NCBI GenBank assembly: GCA_963719315.1 | Contig: CAVRBU010000005.1 | Location: forward strand, 159,135 to 223,134 | Source of the DNA: an uncultured Planctomycetota bacterium | Lineage (GTDB): Bacteria; Planctomycetota; Planctomycetia; Pirellulales; Lacipirellulaceae | Reading direction: 5' to 3' | Length of the DNA: 64,000 nucleotides | Shown: positions 21,380 through 32,250 of the stretch, piece after piece | How the letters are laid out: every line of letters begins with the position of its first letter | Numbering within the stretch: position 1 is the first letter of the stretch | Made by a program: the position numbers and the translations under genes | The notes under the pieces: generated by a model | The model's input: the letters and a program-made list of their open reading frames with translations, nothing else | What the model was told of the DNA's origin: nothing | Databases searched by the model: none

Positions 21380-24300
21380 CTACCGACCTTTCTCAAGCGT
21401 CGTCAATTCCTCCTGCGCCTTCAGCCATTCCGACTGCGTCAACCGCCGCGGTTCAAGCATGTCATCCAATTGAAAGCCGCTTTGCGCCCTGGCCCACGCG
21501 CGAACGAATCGCGGATTATCCGGCAACTTCCGTGGAACATCGTAGAATCGCGCCGTGCCATCGACGCATCGGAACAGAATCACCGAACCCTCGGGGTTGA
21601 ACAGGCAATCGTTCACCGCAACCTCGTATTGCATGGGTCGCGCCAGCCGCTTGGAACTCAAAACGTCCCACAGATTCGCCGATCCGTCGTTGCAGATCGT
21701 GACCGCAATTCGACCACCCGGGCTCAACGCGACTTTCGATATCCGGTCCGAATGCGGCAGCGGCGGACCGAGCGCCAGTCCCGTCTCAGCATTCCACAGG
21801 CGGGCTTTTTGATCATCGCTGCCGCTGAGAATCGTGCTCCCTTCTCGACTTATGGTCACTGAATTCACAATGCCGTTGTGCTGAAATGATTTTCCGGCAA
21901 CGCCCGTGCGACTGTCCCACACACGCACCTGCTGATCGCGGCCGCCAGTCACGATTATCCGACCATCGCGGCGAAAGGCGGCAACCATGATTCGGCTGTC
22001 GTGGTGCAGCGGCTGTGCTGCGGGCTTTCCCGTCTCGAGGCTCCAGACTTGAGCTGTAACGATTTCGCCCTTGGTGTACCCCACGAGGACCGTCTGTCCA
22101 TCAGGGCTGCTGGCGAGAACTGCTCTCGAGGCATCAAATTGCAAAGGATTCAAGCGCAGGTCTCCGGATGGAAAAGCGCGCAATTCAACCGTGAGGGAGG
22201 TCTCGTTTGCGCAATGGACGAGCACTCCTTTTCCATCCTCCGTAAAGACCATGTCTTGCACTTCGAGCTGAAACTTCCAGGGTTCGCCGCGCGGTTCGCC
22301 CGTTTGGGCATTCCAGCGCTGTACTCGATTAGCGCTGCCTGTAAGTAAAGTTCTGCCATCCGGACTGAAAACCACGGTCCGCACTGGGGCGTCATGCGGC
22401 AAGGGACTCGCGAGCGACTGAGCAGTCCGGGAGTCCCAGAGACGTGCTGTTTTGTCTTCGCCGCCGGTCAGCACAACGCGGCCGTCCGGACTGAAAACCG
22501 CGGCCTGAATGGCGCCTTGGTGCCGCAGAATTTTGCCGCCACTATCGCTAATATTCCACAGGCGAACGGTCCAATCGGCACTCCCCGTCAAGGCTGTATT
22601 GCCGTCCGGACTGAACGCGGCGGTCATGACCCAGCCACCATGCTGTAATGGTTCTCCAATCGGCCTTCCGGTTTCGCTGTCCCACAATCGCGCCGTGTTA
22701 TCGTGACTTCCGCTGAGCACCTTGCGGCCATCGGGGCTGAACGCCACCGCGTAGACGTTTTTTGTGTGGGCTGTCAGGTCCACAATGAGCTGTCTCGTTT
22801 CGGCGTCCCACAGTCGTGCGGCACTATCGGAGCTTCCGGTAAGCAGTTTGCTGCCGTCCGGACTGAATGCGACCGCGTAAGTGGCACGATCTGGAATCGT
22901 AGGCAGTACGACTTGAAGAGCTGCTCCCAGTCGTTTTTTCGATGGCACACTCCATAATTGGGCTGTTCCACCCAACGTCCCGGTCAGCAAAGACTGGCCA
23001 TCCGGATGAAAAGCAATGCCATAGACCATGCCGCTGTGCTCGAGCGGGTCTCCCATCGGCTCGCCCGAGGGCGCCTTCCACAATCGGACCATGCTGTCCC
23101 GGCCCCCTGTTGCGACGATTCCATCCCGACTGAACGCCACGGCCCAGATCTGGCGCAAGACCCCGTCCTGCAAGTGCTGCATGGGATCTCCCACGCCAGT
23201 TCTCGTTCGGCAATCCCACAACTTGGCCGTTCCGTCTTCACTCCCCGTCAATGCCAGCCTCCCGTCCGGACTAAACGCGACGGCTCGCACGGAACCATCG
23301 TGCGGCAACGGATCTCCGATCGGCATTAGTGTCTGGGCATCCCAAAAGCGTGCCGGGCAGTCGCGGTCATGGCCGCCGATGAGAATCGTCCTGCCATCGG
23401 GGCTAAACGCCGTGGCCAGAACAGCACCGTTCTGCACAATGGGATGCCCGCTGTCGCGAGACCAGCCGGAGAGCAAGCTGCGGATGGAGCTGCGCAGATG
23501 ACTCTCGGAGCCAGTCACCTCCTCGTCGCTCGCCGAGAGCTCGTAGGCCCGCGACAGCAAGGCGATTCCCTCGGCTATTCTCCCGGCGTTGTATTCTTCG
23601 CCAGCGCGCTGAAATAGATTGCCGGCCATTTCATTCTGAACTTCGAGCCGACGGAGCTCCGACTCGCGTCGCAGTCGACTTTGGCGTACCGCGATGATTG
23701 GAGCGATGATCGAAATCGTGACCAGAACCAGCAGTAAAAGAGCAGCTAGCCCCGTTACGTCTGGATGGCGTTTGCACCATCGCCAGCCGCGCTCGATCCG
23801 CCCCACAGGCCGCGCCAGAATCGGCTCATCCGAGAGATATCGCCTCAAATCGTCGCTCAGTTCGCGGGCCGTTTGGTACCGCTTCGCCGGGTCCTTTTCG
23901 AGGCATTTTAGCGCGATCGTTTCCAGGTCACGGGGCACGTTGGAATCGAGCTTCCGCAGGCTGGGCGGCTCTTCATCCAAAATCTGCAAGAGCAGCATCC
24001 GGATCTCGCCCCGGAAGGGCAGCTCGTTCGTGAGCAGTTTGAATAGAATCACTCCCAAAGAATAAATGTCGCTGCGACGATCGGCCCGATGTCCCTCGCC
24101 GCGGGCTTGCTCGGGAGGCATGTAGGCGGGCGTGCCTAATAACTGTCCTTCGACCGTTACCGTCATTTCGCCGATCTCGCGACGCGCCAGGCCGAAATCG
24201 ATCACGTAGGGCTCGCCACCGCGATCCAGCATGATATTGCTCGGCTTGACATCGCGATGCACCACGCCTGCCTCGTGCGCGTGGTGCAGGGCCTCAGCGA

Positions 24301-24853
24301 TCTTGATCACCATTTCGGCAGCCTCGCGAGACGTTAATCGCCGGCCACTGAGCCATTCGCTGAGACTGGCCCCGTCGATGAAGTCAGAGACGATGTAAAC
24401 CGTTTCCCCTTCTCGTCCCACTTCGTGCACACTCGCGATGCGAGGGTGCTTCAACTGGGCCGCTGCCCGCGCGTTGCGCAGAAACAGCTCCGTCTCGTGT
24501 GAATCAAGCTGCCGCTGCCGGGGAATCTTGACGGCCACATTCCGCTGCAGTTGCGTATCGCGGGCCTTCCACACGCTCCCGAAACGTCCGCTGCCAACTT
24601 CCCGCAACAGCTCGAATCGACCCAGCACCTTCACGCCCGGCCGGTACGAACACGTCGTATCGACGCTAGCCAGGCTGAAATCTTTGCCGCAGGTAGGGCA
24701 GGCGATTTCAGACCATGACATCTCCCCGTCGGACTCGAACGCAGCCAGACAAAATGGGCAACGAATCTCCATACGGGCCACCAGACGGCGCAAGCCACCA
24801 GGAAGCGGTGGGTCAATACCGTTGATTATCAGTTCGTGACTCATCGCAAGCAA
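21380..24853 (-). CDS. Ser/Thr protein kinase with N-terminal Zn-ribbon, central hydrophobic helix and WD40 repeats
   Basis: CPFC/CPTC; GSGRFGSVW, VAVKIP, HRDVKPSN, DFG, GTPAYMPPE; many AVAFSPDG...WD repeats; start may be 24771. Confidence 0.95.
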   Translation of the reverse strand: MLAMSHELIINGIDPPLPGGLRRLVARMEIRCPFCLAAFESDGEMSWSEIACPTCGKDFSLASVDTTCSYRPGVKVLGRFELLREVGSGRFGSVWKARDTQLQRNVAVKIPRQRQLDSHETELFLRNARAAAQLKHPRIASVHEVGREGETVYIVSDFIDGASLSEWLSGRRLTSREAAEMVIKIAEALHHAHEAGVVHRDVKPSNIMLDRGGEPYVIDFGLARREIGEMTVTVEGQLLGTPAYMPPEQARGEGHRADRRSDIYSLGVILFKLLTNELPFRGEIRMLLLQILDEEPPSLRKLDSNVPRDLETIALKCLEKDPAKRYQTARELSDDLRRYLSDEPILARPVGRIERGWRWCKRHPDVTGLAALLLLVLVTISIIAPIIAVRQSRLRRESELRRLEVQNEMAGNLFQRAGEEYNAGRIAEGIALLSRAYELSASDEEVTGSESHLRSSIRSLLSGWSRDSGHPIVQNGAVLATAFSPDGRTILIGGHDRDCPARFWDAQTLMPIGDPLPHDGSVRAVAFSPDGRLALTGSEDGTAKLWDCRTRTGVGDPMQHLQDGVLRQIWAVAFSRDGIVATGGRDSMVRLWKAPSGEPMGDPLEHSGMVYGIAFHPDGQSLLTGTLGGTAQLWSVPSKKRLGAALQVVLPTIPDRATYAVAFSPDGSKLLTGSSDSAARLWDAETRQLIVDLTAHTKNVYAVAFSPDGRKVLSGSHDNTARLWDSETGRPIGEPLQHGGWVMTAAFSPDGNTALTGSADWTVRLWNISDSGGKILRHQGAIQAAVFSPDGRVVLTGGEDKTARLWDSRTAQSLASPLPHDAPVRTVVFSPDGRTLLTGSANRVQRWNAQTGEPRGEPWKFQLEVQDMVFTEDGKGVLVHCANETSLTVELRAFPSGDLRLNPLQFDASRAVLASSPDGQTVLVGYTKGEIVTAQVWSLETGKPAAQPLHHDSRIMVAAFRRDGRIIVTGGRDQQVRVWDSRTGVAGKSFQHNGIVNSVTISREGSTILSGSDDQKARLWNAETGLALGPPLPHSDRISKVALSPGGRIAVTICNDGSANLWDVLSSKRLARPMQYEVAVNDCLFNPEGSVILFRCVDGTARFYDVPRKLPDNPRFVRAWARAQSGFQLDDMLEPRRLTQSEWLKAQEELTTLEKGR

Positions 24854-25087
24854 CTAGGCCGCGATTGCATTGACAATTAGGTCGTTCGTGAGGTTCGGGG
24901 ATACGCTTTGCGTTTGATAGCGTGTTCCGAGGCTACATTTCGGCCCCAAAATTCCGCTGGCAGCCGCCGGCTTATTTCAGTAGAGTTCGTCCCCGTTTGG
25001 TCGATAACGAGAAGGGGTATTTTGCGCCGACGCGGCGAACGAAAATGCCCTTATCAGTGCATATTTGATAAGAAATGAGGCGTTGCC

Positions 25088-25780
25088 ATGTGCTCGCTTG
25101 AATTCGGTTCCTCGCGCCGGTTGATCGTCTTGATTGCCGTATCCGTTGCGGCCGTAGTGTACGCACAGCCCGCCACGGCTCAGTACGTCTACCAGCCGGC
25201 GCCCGACTACTACCACAATGATACGGCCTCCGGCACGTTCCTCGGCGGCGCCATGGGCGCAATTACCGGCGCGATCATTGGCGGCAAACACCACGGCGGC
25301 CAGGACGCCCTCATCGGCGCCGGCGTCGGCGCGGTGACGGGCAATCTGCTCGGCCGATCGAAGGACGCCCAGGATGATCGCCGCGCGGCGGCCGGCGCGG
25401 CGGCAGTTGGCCAACTAAACCAGCAAGCTGCGGCCATGGCCGTTACGAATTACGATCTGTTGCAAATGTCCCACGCCGGAATTAGCGACGACGTCATCAT
25501 CAGCACGATGCGTTCTCGCGGCGCGCGAATCGACTTGAGTCCCCAAGCTCTGATCGCGCTCAAGCAGCAGGGCGTTAGCGACCGAGTCGTCGTGGCAGCC
25601 CAACAATTGGGAGCGGCGCCCGGTTACTTTCCGCCGACCACGGGAACGACCACGGTGATTAGTGAAGTACCACCCCCACCGGCTGTGATCGTCGCACCAG
25701 CCTACCGGCCGTACGGCTACTACTATCCCCGGCCGTACTACTACCACCATCCGCACACTTACGTGCGGGTTGGGTTCTAA
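25088..25780 (+). CDS. Exported glycine-zipper domain protein
   Basis: Signal peptide, GGAMGAITGAIIG...GAGVGAVTG zipper, Tyr/Pro-rich tail. Confidence 0.85.
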   Translation: MCSLEFGSSRRLIVLIAVSVAAVVYAQPATAQYVYQPAPDYYHNDTASGTFLGGAMGAITGAIIGGKHHGGQDALIGAGVGAVTGNLLGRSKDAQDDRRAAAGAAAVGQLNQQAAAMAVTNYDLLQMSHAGISDDVIISTMRSRGARIDLSPQALIALKQQGVSDRVVVAAQQLGAAPGYFPPTTGTTTVISEVPPPPAVIVAPAYRPYGYYYPRPYYYHHPHTYVRVGF

Positions 25781-27018
25781 ACCGTCTCAGCCAGCATCGG
25801 TTCGATCCGCTCCGCTTTGGCGATCACCACCACGCCGCCGGGCGAAACCACGAAGCCGCGGGCCTCGTCTTCTTCCGCGTCGAAGCCCACGCGGAAGCCC
25901 TCGGGAATCGCGACACCCTTGTCGATGATGGCCCGCCGAATCTTGGCATTGCGGCCGATATTCACCCGCGAAAACAAGATCGAATCCTCGATCTCCGCGT
26001 AACTGTTCACGCGCGTTTGCGGCCCGATGATCGTTCGCGAAACGCGCCCGCCGGAAACGATTGCGCCGGGACATACGATGCTATCGTGCGCCTCGCCGCA
26101 CCGATCGTTCGAATCGAACACAAACTTCGACGGCGGCAGATTCGGCTGATACGTCCGCACCGGCCAGTGGTCATCGTACATGTTGAGCTGCGGCTCGACC
26201 GCCGTCAGCTCGATGTTTGCCTGGTAGTACGAGTCGATCGAGCCGACGTCGCGCCAATACGCGTCGCGCTTGCGGTTCTCATCCATAAACGGATACGCCT
26301 GCACGCGGCAATTGCGAATCATCGAGGGGATGATGTTCCAGCCGAAGTCGTGGGCGCTATCCGGCAGCGTCGCGTCTTTGCACAGCTCATCAAACAAATA
26401 GTGGGCGTTGAATACGTAAATCCCCATCGACGCCAAACAGAAGTCCGGGTTGCCGGGGATCGTTTTCGGCTCGGCCGGCTTCTCTTCGAAACCGACCACC
26501 CGATTGCTTTGATCGACCTGCATGATGCCGAATTGCCGGGCCGCCTCCTTGGCCCTCACCCGCAGCGCGGCGATCGTGGCGTCGGCGTTCGCCTCCTGAT
26601 GGCAAGCAACCAACTTGCTGTAATCCATCTTGTAAATATGGTCGCCGGCCAGGATCACGACATATCGCGGCCGTTCCTTTTCGAGCGTGTAGATATTCTG
26701 GTAAACCGCGTCGGCCGTGCCCTGGTACCACTGCTCATCAATCCGCTGTTGCGGCGGCACGACGTCGATGAACTCGCCCAGCTCGCGGCACAAATAATTC
26801 CGCCAGCCGAGCGTGATGTGCCGGTCGAGGCTCATCGCCTTGTACTGCGTGAGCACCAGAATGCGGCGTAGCCCGCTGTTCAGACAATTCGAGAGCGTGA
26901 AATCGACGATCCGATAAATACCGCCAAACGGCACGGCCGGCTTGGCCCGATCGCGCGTCAACGGCCCCAACCGCGACCCCTTCCCCCCCGCCAGTACGAC
27001 GGCCAATACATCCTTCAT
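25777..27018 (-). CDS. glgC: Glucose-1-phosphate adenylyltransferase
   Basis: VLAGGKGSRL..LT..RAKPAVPFGG, WYQGTADAVYQN, GDHIYKMDY, YWRDVG motifs. Confidence 0.97.
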   Translation of the reverse strand: MKDVLAVVLAGGKGSRLGPLTRDRAKPAVPFGGIYRIVDFTLSNCLNSGLRRILVLTQYKAMSLDRHITLGWRNYLCRELGEFIDVVPPQQRIDEQWYQGTADAVYQNIYTLEKERPRYVVILAGDHIYKMDYSKLVACHQEANADATIAALRVRAKEAARQFGIMQVDQSNRVVGFEEKPAEPKTIPGNPDFCLASMGIYVFNAHYLFDELCKDATLPDSAHDFGWNIIPSMIRNCRVQAYPFMDENRKRDAYWRDVGSIDSYYQANIELTAVEPQLNMYDDHWPVRTYQPNLPPSKFVFDSNDRCGEAHDSIVCPGAIVSGGRVSRTIIGPQTRVNSYAEIEDSILFSRVNIGRNAKIRRAIIDKGVAIPEGFRVGFDAEEDEARGFVVSPGGVVVIAKAERIEPMLAETV

Positions 27019-27149
27019 CGTGCGTATTCCTTTCGGGATGACGTCGTTCTCGGCAGATACTTGCAAGCACACCGCCCGACGCCCGATGAGTCATTCTATC
27101 GCAACATGTGCTACGGCCAAAGGTCTTACTCTCTCTTCGGCGTATCGCG

Positions 27150-29012
27150 TCAGAAATCTGTGAGCGACCGTGGTCGCACCGCAACGCGCAGGGCATTAAT
27201 TACCGCCACGACATCGATTACCTCCTGCGTAATCGCCCCGGCAACGGGCGGCAGATAGCCGGCAGCGGCAAACAACATGCCCACAATGCTCGCAGCCATA
27301 CCAAAAAATGCGCTTTGGAGCGCGATCCGTCGCATCCGCTGGCTGATATGCATGAACTCGTCGACCTTGGTGAGCGAGCTGTCCATAATGACTACATCGG
27401 CTGCCTCGGTCGTCACGTCGCTGTTCTGCCCGAATGCAATGCCAACAGTTGCGGCCGTGAGGGCCGGTGCGTCGTTAATGCCATCGCCGACAAAAATCGT
27501 TCTGGCTTTCGCTGTTTCTGCGCGGACGATCTCCAGCTTTTCGCCGGGGCTCTTGCCCGCCTCGATTTCGCGAATGCCGACCAGATCGGCCAAGTACTTC
27601 GCCTCGGAAGCACGATCGCCCGAAACCAGCATAATGCGTTCTATCTGATGCCGCGGACGCAGGTGGTCGATAAATGACACGCCTTCACGGCGTGGTGCAT
27701 CGCGGAAACGATAAGTCGCGGCGTAGCGGTCATCCACAAGTATGACGCATTCCAGTCCTCCGGCCTGCGGAGGCAGGGAACCAGCTTCATCCGGCCGCTC
27801 GGCGGTGAATTGTTTTCGGCTAGTAAGTCGCACCCTTCGGGCGGCCACGATTCCCACCATGCCCTGGCCCGGCGGTTCGCTGACTTCCGCCACTTCGTGC
27901 ATCGTCACGCCGCGCTCCCTGCCGGCGTGGACAATCGCCTCGGCCAGTGGGTGCTTCGAGAATTGCTCTACGCTAGCGACAAGTGACAAAACATCGGTTG
28001 CATCCCCACCCGACGCTACGACCTGTTCGACGAGCTTTGGCCGCCCGTACGTGAGCGTGCCTGTTTTGTCGAAGATCATCGTACGGCAAGTGCTCACGGT
28101 CTCTAATGCGGCCGGGTCGCGGACCACGATTGCCCGTTTGGCAGCCAGCGAAATCGACCCTATAACTGCCACAGGAATGGCAATTAACAAAGGGCACGGC
28201 GTGGCAACGACGATGACTGCCAGAAACCGCACCGCATCGCTGCTGCCCCACCAAGCGGCAATACCAATCAATAGCGCGATCGGCGTGTACCAAGCGCCCA
28301 ACTGATCGCCCAACCTACGGATTCGCGGCCTTTGCTCTTGCGACGTGAGCATGACTCGCATCACGTTGGCGTATCGGGAGTCCACAGCCAGACGCTCGCT
28401 CCGAATCGTCAGCGCCGAGTCTCCATTGACCGCTCCGGAAAGAACTGATGCTCCGGGCGTTTTCGAAATCATGTACGGCTCGCCCGTCAAATACGATTCA
28501 TCCATCACGCCGCGCCCGTCAATGACAACGCCATCGATCGGACAGACTTCATGCGGAAAGACGAGCACAATATCGCCCACCACAATATCCGCCAAAGGTA
28601 CATCGTCGATTTTCGAATTCCGTCGGCGATGCGCAACTGTGGGCATTCGCTTGGCAAGCGCTTCGAGTACCGAGGAGGCACTGCGCACTGCATAGGCTTC
28701 TAGTGCTTCGCCGCCGGATAGCATGAGCACCACAAGCGTGGCGGCAAGATACTCTTCGAGAATCACTGCAGTAATGATCGAGACGCCCGCGATAAGGTCG
28801 GAACCGAACTCACGGCGCGCGAATTTCACCAACAATTCCCAGACCAATGGCACTCCGCCTATCAACAACGCGATCCACAGCGGCCAATTCGCCAGATGCT
28901 CCAACGGCGTGACAAATCGCAGCACCAGATGAACTGCGATCGCCACAATCGCGATTGATGCGATCGCAATTTGCTTGAAACGGATGATCGATAGTTTTGG
29001 CACATCTGTCAC
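27150..29012 (-). CDS. Heavy-metal translocating P1B-type ATPase
   Basis: [25 protein letters not shown] motifs; start probably GTG 29003-29012. Confidence 0.95.
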   Translation of the reverse strand: MTDVPKLSIIRFKQIAIASIAIVAIAVHLVLRFVTPLEHLANWPLWIALLIGGVPLVWELLVKFARREFGSDLIAGVSIITAVILEEYLAATLVVLMLSGGEALEAYAVRSASSVLEALAKRMPTVAHRRRNSKIDDVPLADIVVGDIVLVFPHEVCPIDGVVIDGRGVMDESYLTGEPYMISKTPGASVLSGAVNGDSALTIRSERLAVDSRYANVMRVMLTSQEQRPRIRRLGDQLGAWYTPIALLIGIAAWWGSSDAVRFLAVIVVATPCPLLIAIPVAVIGSISLAAKRAIVVRDPAALETVSTCRTMIFDKTGTLTYGRPKLVEQVVASGGDATDVLSLVASVEQFSKHPLAEAIVHAGRERGVTMHEVAEVSEPPGQGMVGIVAARRVRLTSRKQFTAERPDEAGSLPPQAGGLECVILVDDRYAATYRFRDAPRREGVSFIDHLRPRHQIERIMLVSGDRASEAKYLADLVGIREIEAGKSPGEKLEIVRAETAKARTIFVGDGINDAPALTAATVGIAFGQNSDVTTEAADVVIMDSSLTKVDEFMHISQRMRRIALQSAFFGMAASIVGMLFAAAGYLPPVAGAITQEVIDVVAVINALRVAVRPRSLTDF

Positions 29013-29016
29013 AGCA

Positions 29017-30101
29017 TCACTCAGCGTATAACTCCACATGCCGTTGAACCATTGTGTCCGCATTAGAATGCTTGGCGGCACGTCGGGCAGCCTGCAACTT
29101 AAGCGAGCCTGCTAATTCGTGATCGCTGAATACTCGGTCTGTATGCTGCGCCGCGCCGCCCGTCCGGCGCGCGTGCCGAGGGGAATCAAGTAGCCGGTTT
29201 CTCCATCCACTACCAATTCGCGATTCGTCGGCGTATTACTGGCGATGGCCGGCACGCCGGCCGCCATCGCTTCCAGAATCGCTGCCGACTGGCCCGTGTT
29301 TTCGCTGCCGTTCCAGAGCACATCCAGGTGCGGCATGATTCGCCACACGTCATTGCCCTCCCCCAGAAAATGAATGTGGACGAGATCGCTGGCGAGCCGG
29401 GCGTATTCTTCGAGCTGCGCCCGTAGCGGACCGTCTCCGATAACGAGCACGCGCAGATTGTCGTACAGCACGCGCAATAAGTCGGCCGCCCAGATCAGGT
29501 CCTTCACACGCTTCTCCGGCACCAGTCGCCCAACGACGCCGATCAGCCGCGCGTCGGCTGGCAGCTTGAGTTCGCGCAGCAGCGCCTCTCGCGACAAATC
29601 GCTGGCCCGCGCCGGTTCCACGCCGCTGGGAATTACGTCGAACTTTTCCGCCGGCAATCCGTTCCGCACACACCACGCGCGCACCGATTCGCTGTTGGTC
29701 ACATACCTCGCCGCGCGCCGCGCAAAACGGCGCTCCAGCGCCCACTCCCAATCCAGCTTCCAGCGGTCGATGCGGTACTGGCCGGCAACCAATCGGCAAC
29801 CGACCGCAAGGGCGCCGAACATGCCCGGCACGGTGTCCCACGTATGTACCACATCCGGCCGCAATCGGCGCACGTGCCGCACAAGCTGCCAGTCGGCCAA
29901 CGGGTCGAGCGCCCACCGCCGTGGAATGATCGTCGTTGGAATCCTGGCGGCCGCAAACTCCTCCAGCCGCGGCGCTCGCCGATCGAGCTCGCACACATGC
30001 ACATCGAACCCCTGCTGAGCGAGCCCCTTGGCCAGCACGAGCAACTGCGAAGCGGACCCTGTGTAGTCGAGCGAATCAATGATGTGCAGGATGCGTGGCA
30101 T
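29017..30101 (-). CDS. Glycosyltransferase family 4 (apparent 1-nt frameshift near 29152)
   Basis: [19 protein letters not shown]; shifted frame gives a typical C-terminal ...[12 protein letters not shown]. Confidence 0.88.
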
Positions 30102-30112
30102 TAATCAAAAAC

Positions 30113-30193
30113 AGACAAGGAGACAAGGAGAACGGGGAGGCAAAGAGATTCGGCTCATCACATCTTCTCCTTGTCTCCCCCGCTCCTTGCCTT
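30113..30193. repeat. Palindromic octamer-repeat hairpin, (AGACAAGG)n ... (CCTTGTCT)n
   Basis: agacaaggagacaaggagaacggggaggcaaag ... ctccttgtctcccccgctccttgcct. Confidence 0.75.
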
Positions 30194-30227
30194 TGCACTA
30201 ACGTGAGTTCAAAAGTTAAGTGATGGC

Positions 30228-30755
30228 TCATTCAGTGGATAAATCTTCCGGCTCCAACGCCGCCACGTACGGCAGGTTGCGAAACCGATCTTCATAGTCC
30301 AGTCCGTAGCCCACGACGAATTCATCCGGAATCTCGAACATCACGATATCCGGCTGAATTGGCACTTCCGAGCGCCCGATCTTACGCATCAGCACGGCGG
30401 ACCGCAGCGACGCCGGCTCGTGCTGGAGCAGTTGGGCCAGCACCTCGACCAGCGTGTGGCCGGTGTCGAAGATGTCGTCGATCACGAGCACATCGCACCC
30501 CTTCAGCCTGGGAAGCAATTCGCCGAAAACCACCGCAGCCTCGTGGGGCTCGTTCGGGGTGCGGTAGCGGCTGGACTGAATGAGGGCCACACGGAGCGGC
30601 ATTTCGAGCTGGCGTATCAAATCGGCCAACAACACCAGGCTGCCGGTGAGAATCGCCACGATCGTGAGCGGCCGACCGTCGTAGATCGCCGCCAGATGCT
30701 CGGCCAACTGGCGTACGCCGTCGCGAATCTGATTGGAGCTAAGAATTTGCTTCAC
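30228..30755 (-). CDS. hpt: Hypoxanthine phosphoribosyltransferase
   Basis: VLVIDDIFDTGHTL PRPP motif, FVVGYGLDY..RNLP; GTG start 30755. Confidence 0.93.
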   Translation of the reverse strand: MKQILSSNQIRDGVRQLAEHLAAIYDGRPLTIVAILTGSLVLLADLIRQLEMPLRVALIQSSRYRTPNEPHEAAVVFGELLPRLKGCDVLVIDDIFDTGHTLVEVLAQLLQHEPASLRSAVLMRKIGRSEVPIQPDIVMFEIPDEFVVGYGLDYEDRFRNLPYVAALEPEDLSTE

Positions 30756-30790
30756 GCGCTCTTCCGTCCCGCATCGTAGGGTGTGCACTG

Positions 30791-30899
30791 GTTCGGCGCG
30801 GGTCTCCCGACCCCGCCGAAATCGCCGACCGCAGGTCTCAGACCTCCTGGAGACCTTCGGCCACTCGATGGGTGCGGGGTCAGTAGGCCCGCGCACAAC
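30791..30899. repeat. REP-like composite palindrome
   Basis: ggcgcgggtctcccgaccccgcc..gaccgcaggtctc / gagaccttcggcc..gcggggtcagtaggcccgcgc inverted arms. Confidence 0.65.
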
Positions 30900-30983
30900 T
30901 GTTCTCCCACAAAGGGCCGTCATTCTACGCGAGGCGCAAAGGGTTCACTAGACGGCCGCCGCCCCGCGCTCGCGATAAGAATG

Positions 30984-31174
30984 TCTCACGCAAAGGTGCC
31001 AAGTCGCAAAGAATTCAAGCAAAAAGCAACTACGCATTGAAAGGGAGGATACGGGAATAACAGAGCATCATTTATTCTCCGTTCCCTCTGTCCCTCCTGT
31101 TCAAAAAATGACGCTTCTATTCGCATTGCAGGCAGACGCGGCTTTCCTTTGTGCCTTAGCGCCTTGGCGTGAGA
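30984..31174. repeat. Two nested short-repeat palindromic elements
   Basis: Outer arms tctcacgcaaaggtgccaagtcgcaaag / ctttgtgccttagcgccttggcgtgaga; inner arms ttgaaagggaggatacgggaataacagag / ctccgttccctctgtccctcctgttcaa. Confidence 0.75.
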
Positions 31175-31201
31175 CCTGCTTTCGCTTTACAGTCTTAGTT
31201 A

Positions 31202-31957
31202 ATGACAAGCGCCGTCGGATTTTGGAGTCAGATCGAACTCGCCGGGCACGCGTGTCGGCTGTATGAACCTCCGTCGCCGAGCCCGCACAATTACACGATC
31301 GTGTACCTGCACTGCAGCGAGGCCGCATCGCTCCGCGACTATCCACGATTCGTCGAGCAGTTCGATCGTCACGGGCTGTGTGTGATCGAACCAGTGACCG
31401 GCCGCAGTTGGTGGACCGACCGCATCTGGCCCGAGTTCGATGCGACCATTTCCGCCGAGGCGTTCGTGCTAAATCACGTGATCCCGTTTGTCTCCGAACA
31501 TTGGGACTCGCGGCCGCCGCAACTCGCGCTACTAGGCGTCAGCATGGGTGGCCAGGGCGCGCTCCGCATGGCGTACAAGCACCCCAACATCTTCCCGACC
31601 GTCGCCGCGATATCGCCGGCGATCGATTTTCAGAAGCGGATCGATGAAGGCGTCGATCCCGGCCTCGATTACATGTACGGCGACGCCGAAGCCGCCCGCC
31701 AGGACTCGGCCCTCTTGCACATCCACCCGCTCAACTGGCCGCGCAACCAATTCTTCTGCTGCGATCCGACGGACTACCGTTGGTACGATTCGGCCGATCG
31801 CTTGCGGATGAAGCTGTGGTCGCTCGGCGTGCCGTTCGAGTGCGATCTCGAAACCGAAGCCGGCGGCCACAGCTTCCAGTATGCGTGCCACATGGCCAAA
31901 CGCGCGGTCGAATTCATCGCCCAAAAGCTCGACCAAGAACGCCGGCGAGTCGTGTGA
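31202..31957 (+). CDS. Alpha/beta hydrolase (esterase)
   Basis: GVSMGG nucleophile elbow, C-terminal GGH. Confidence 0.9.
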   Translation: MTSAVGFWSQIELAGHACRLYEPPSPSPHNYTIVYLHCSEAASLRDYPRFVEQFDRHGLCVIEPVTGRSWWTDRIWPEFDATISAEAFVLNHVIPFVSEHWDSRPPQLALLGVSMGGQGALRMAYKHPNIFPTVAAISPAIDFQKRIDEGVDPGLDYMYGDAEAARQDSALLHIHPLNWPRNQFFCCDPTDYRWYDSADRLRMKLWSLGVPFECDLETEAGGHSFQYACHMAKRAVEFIAQKLDQERRRVV

Positions 31958-31975
31958 ACGAAAACGCCCGACATC

Positions 31976-32046
<71 letters not shown>

Positions 32047-32088
32047 TGAACAACAAATGAAGCACAATCGTTTCTTAACTCAAAGTGA

Positions 32089-32233
32089 AAACCGCCAAGC
32101 ACGCCAAGAGCACAAGTCTTCATTGATTACGATGAAAACGCGATAGACTGCCGCATCGCCCTTTCACAAACAAACTGCACGCCAAGTTGATTTCTATCTT
32201 AATTCCTTGGCGCTCTTGGCGAACTTGGCGGTT
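32089..32233. repeat. Nonamer-repeat palindrome, (CGCCAAGNN)n ... (CTTGGCGNN)n
   Basis: aaccgccaagcacgccaagagcacaag ... cttggcgctcttggcgaacttggcggtt. Confidence 0.8.
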
Positions 32234-32250
32234 CGCCTTTTCAGTTTGAC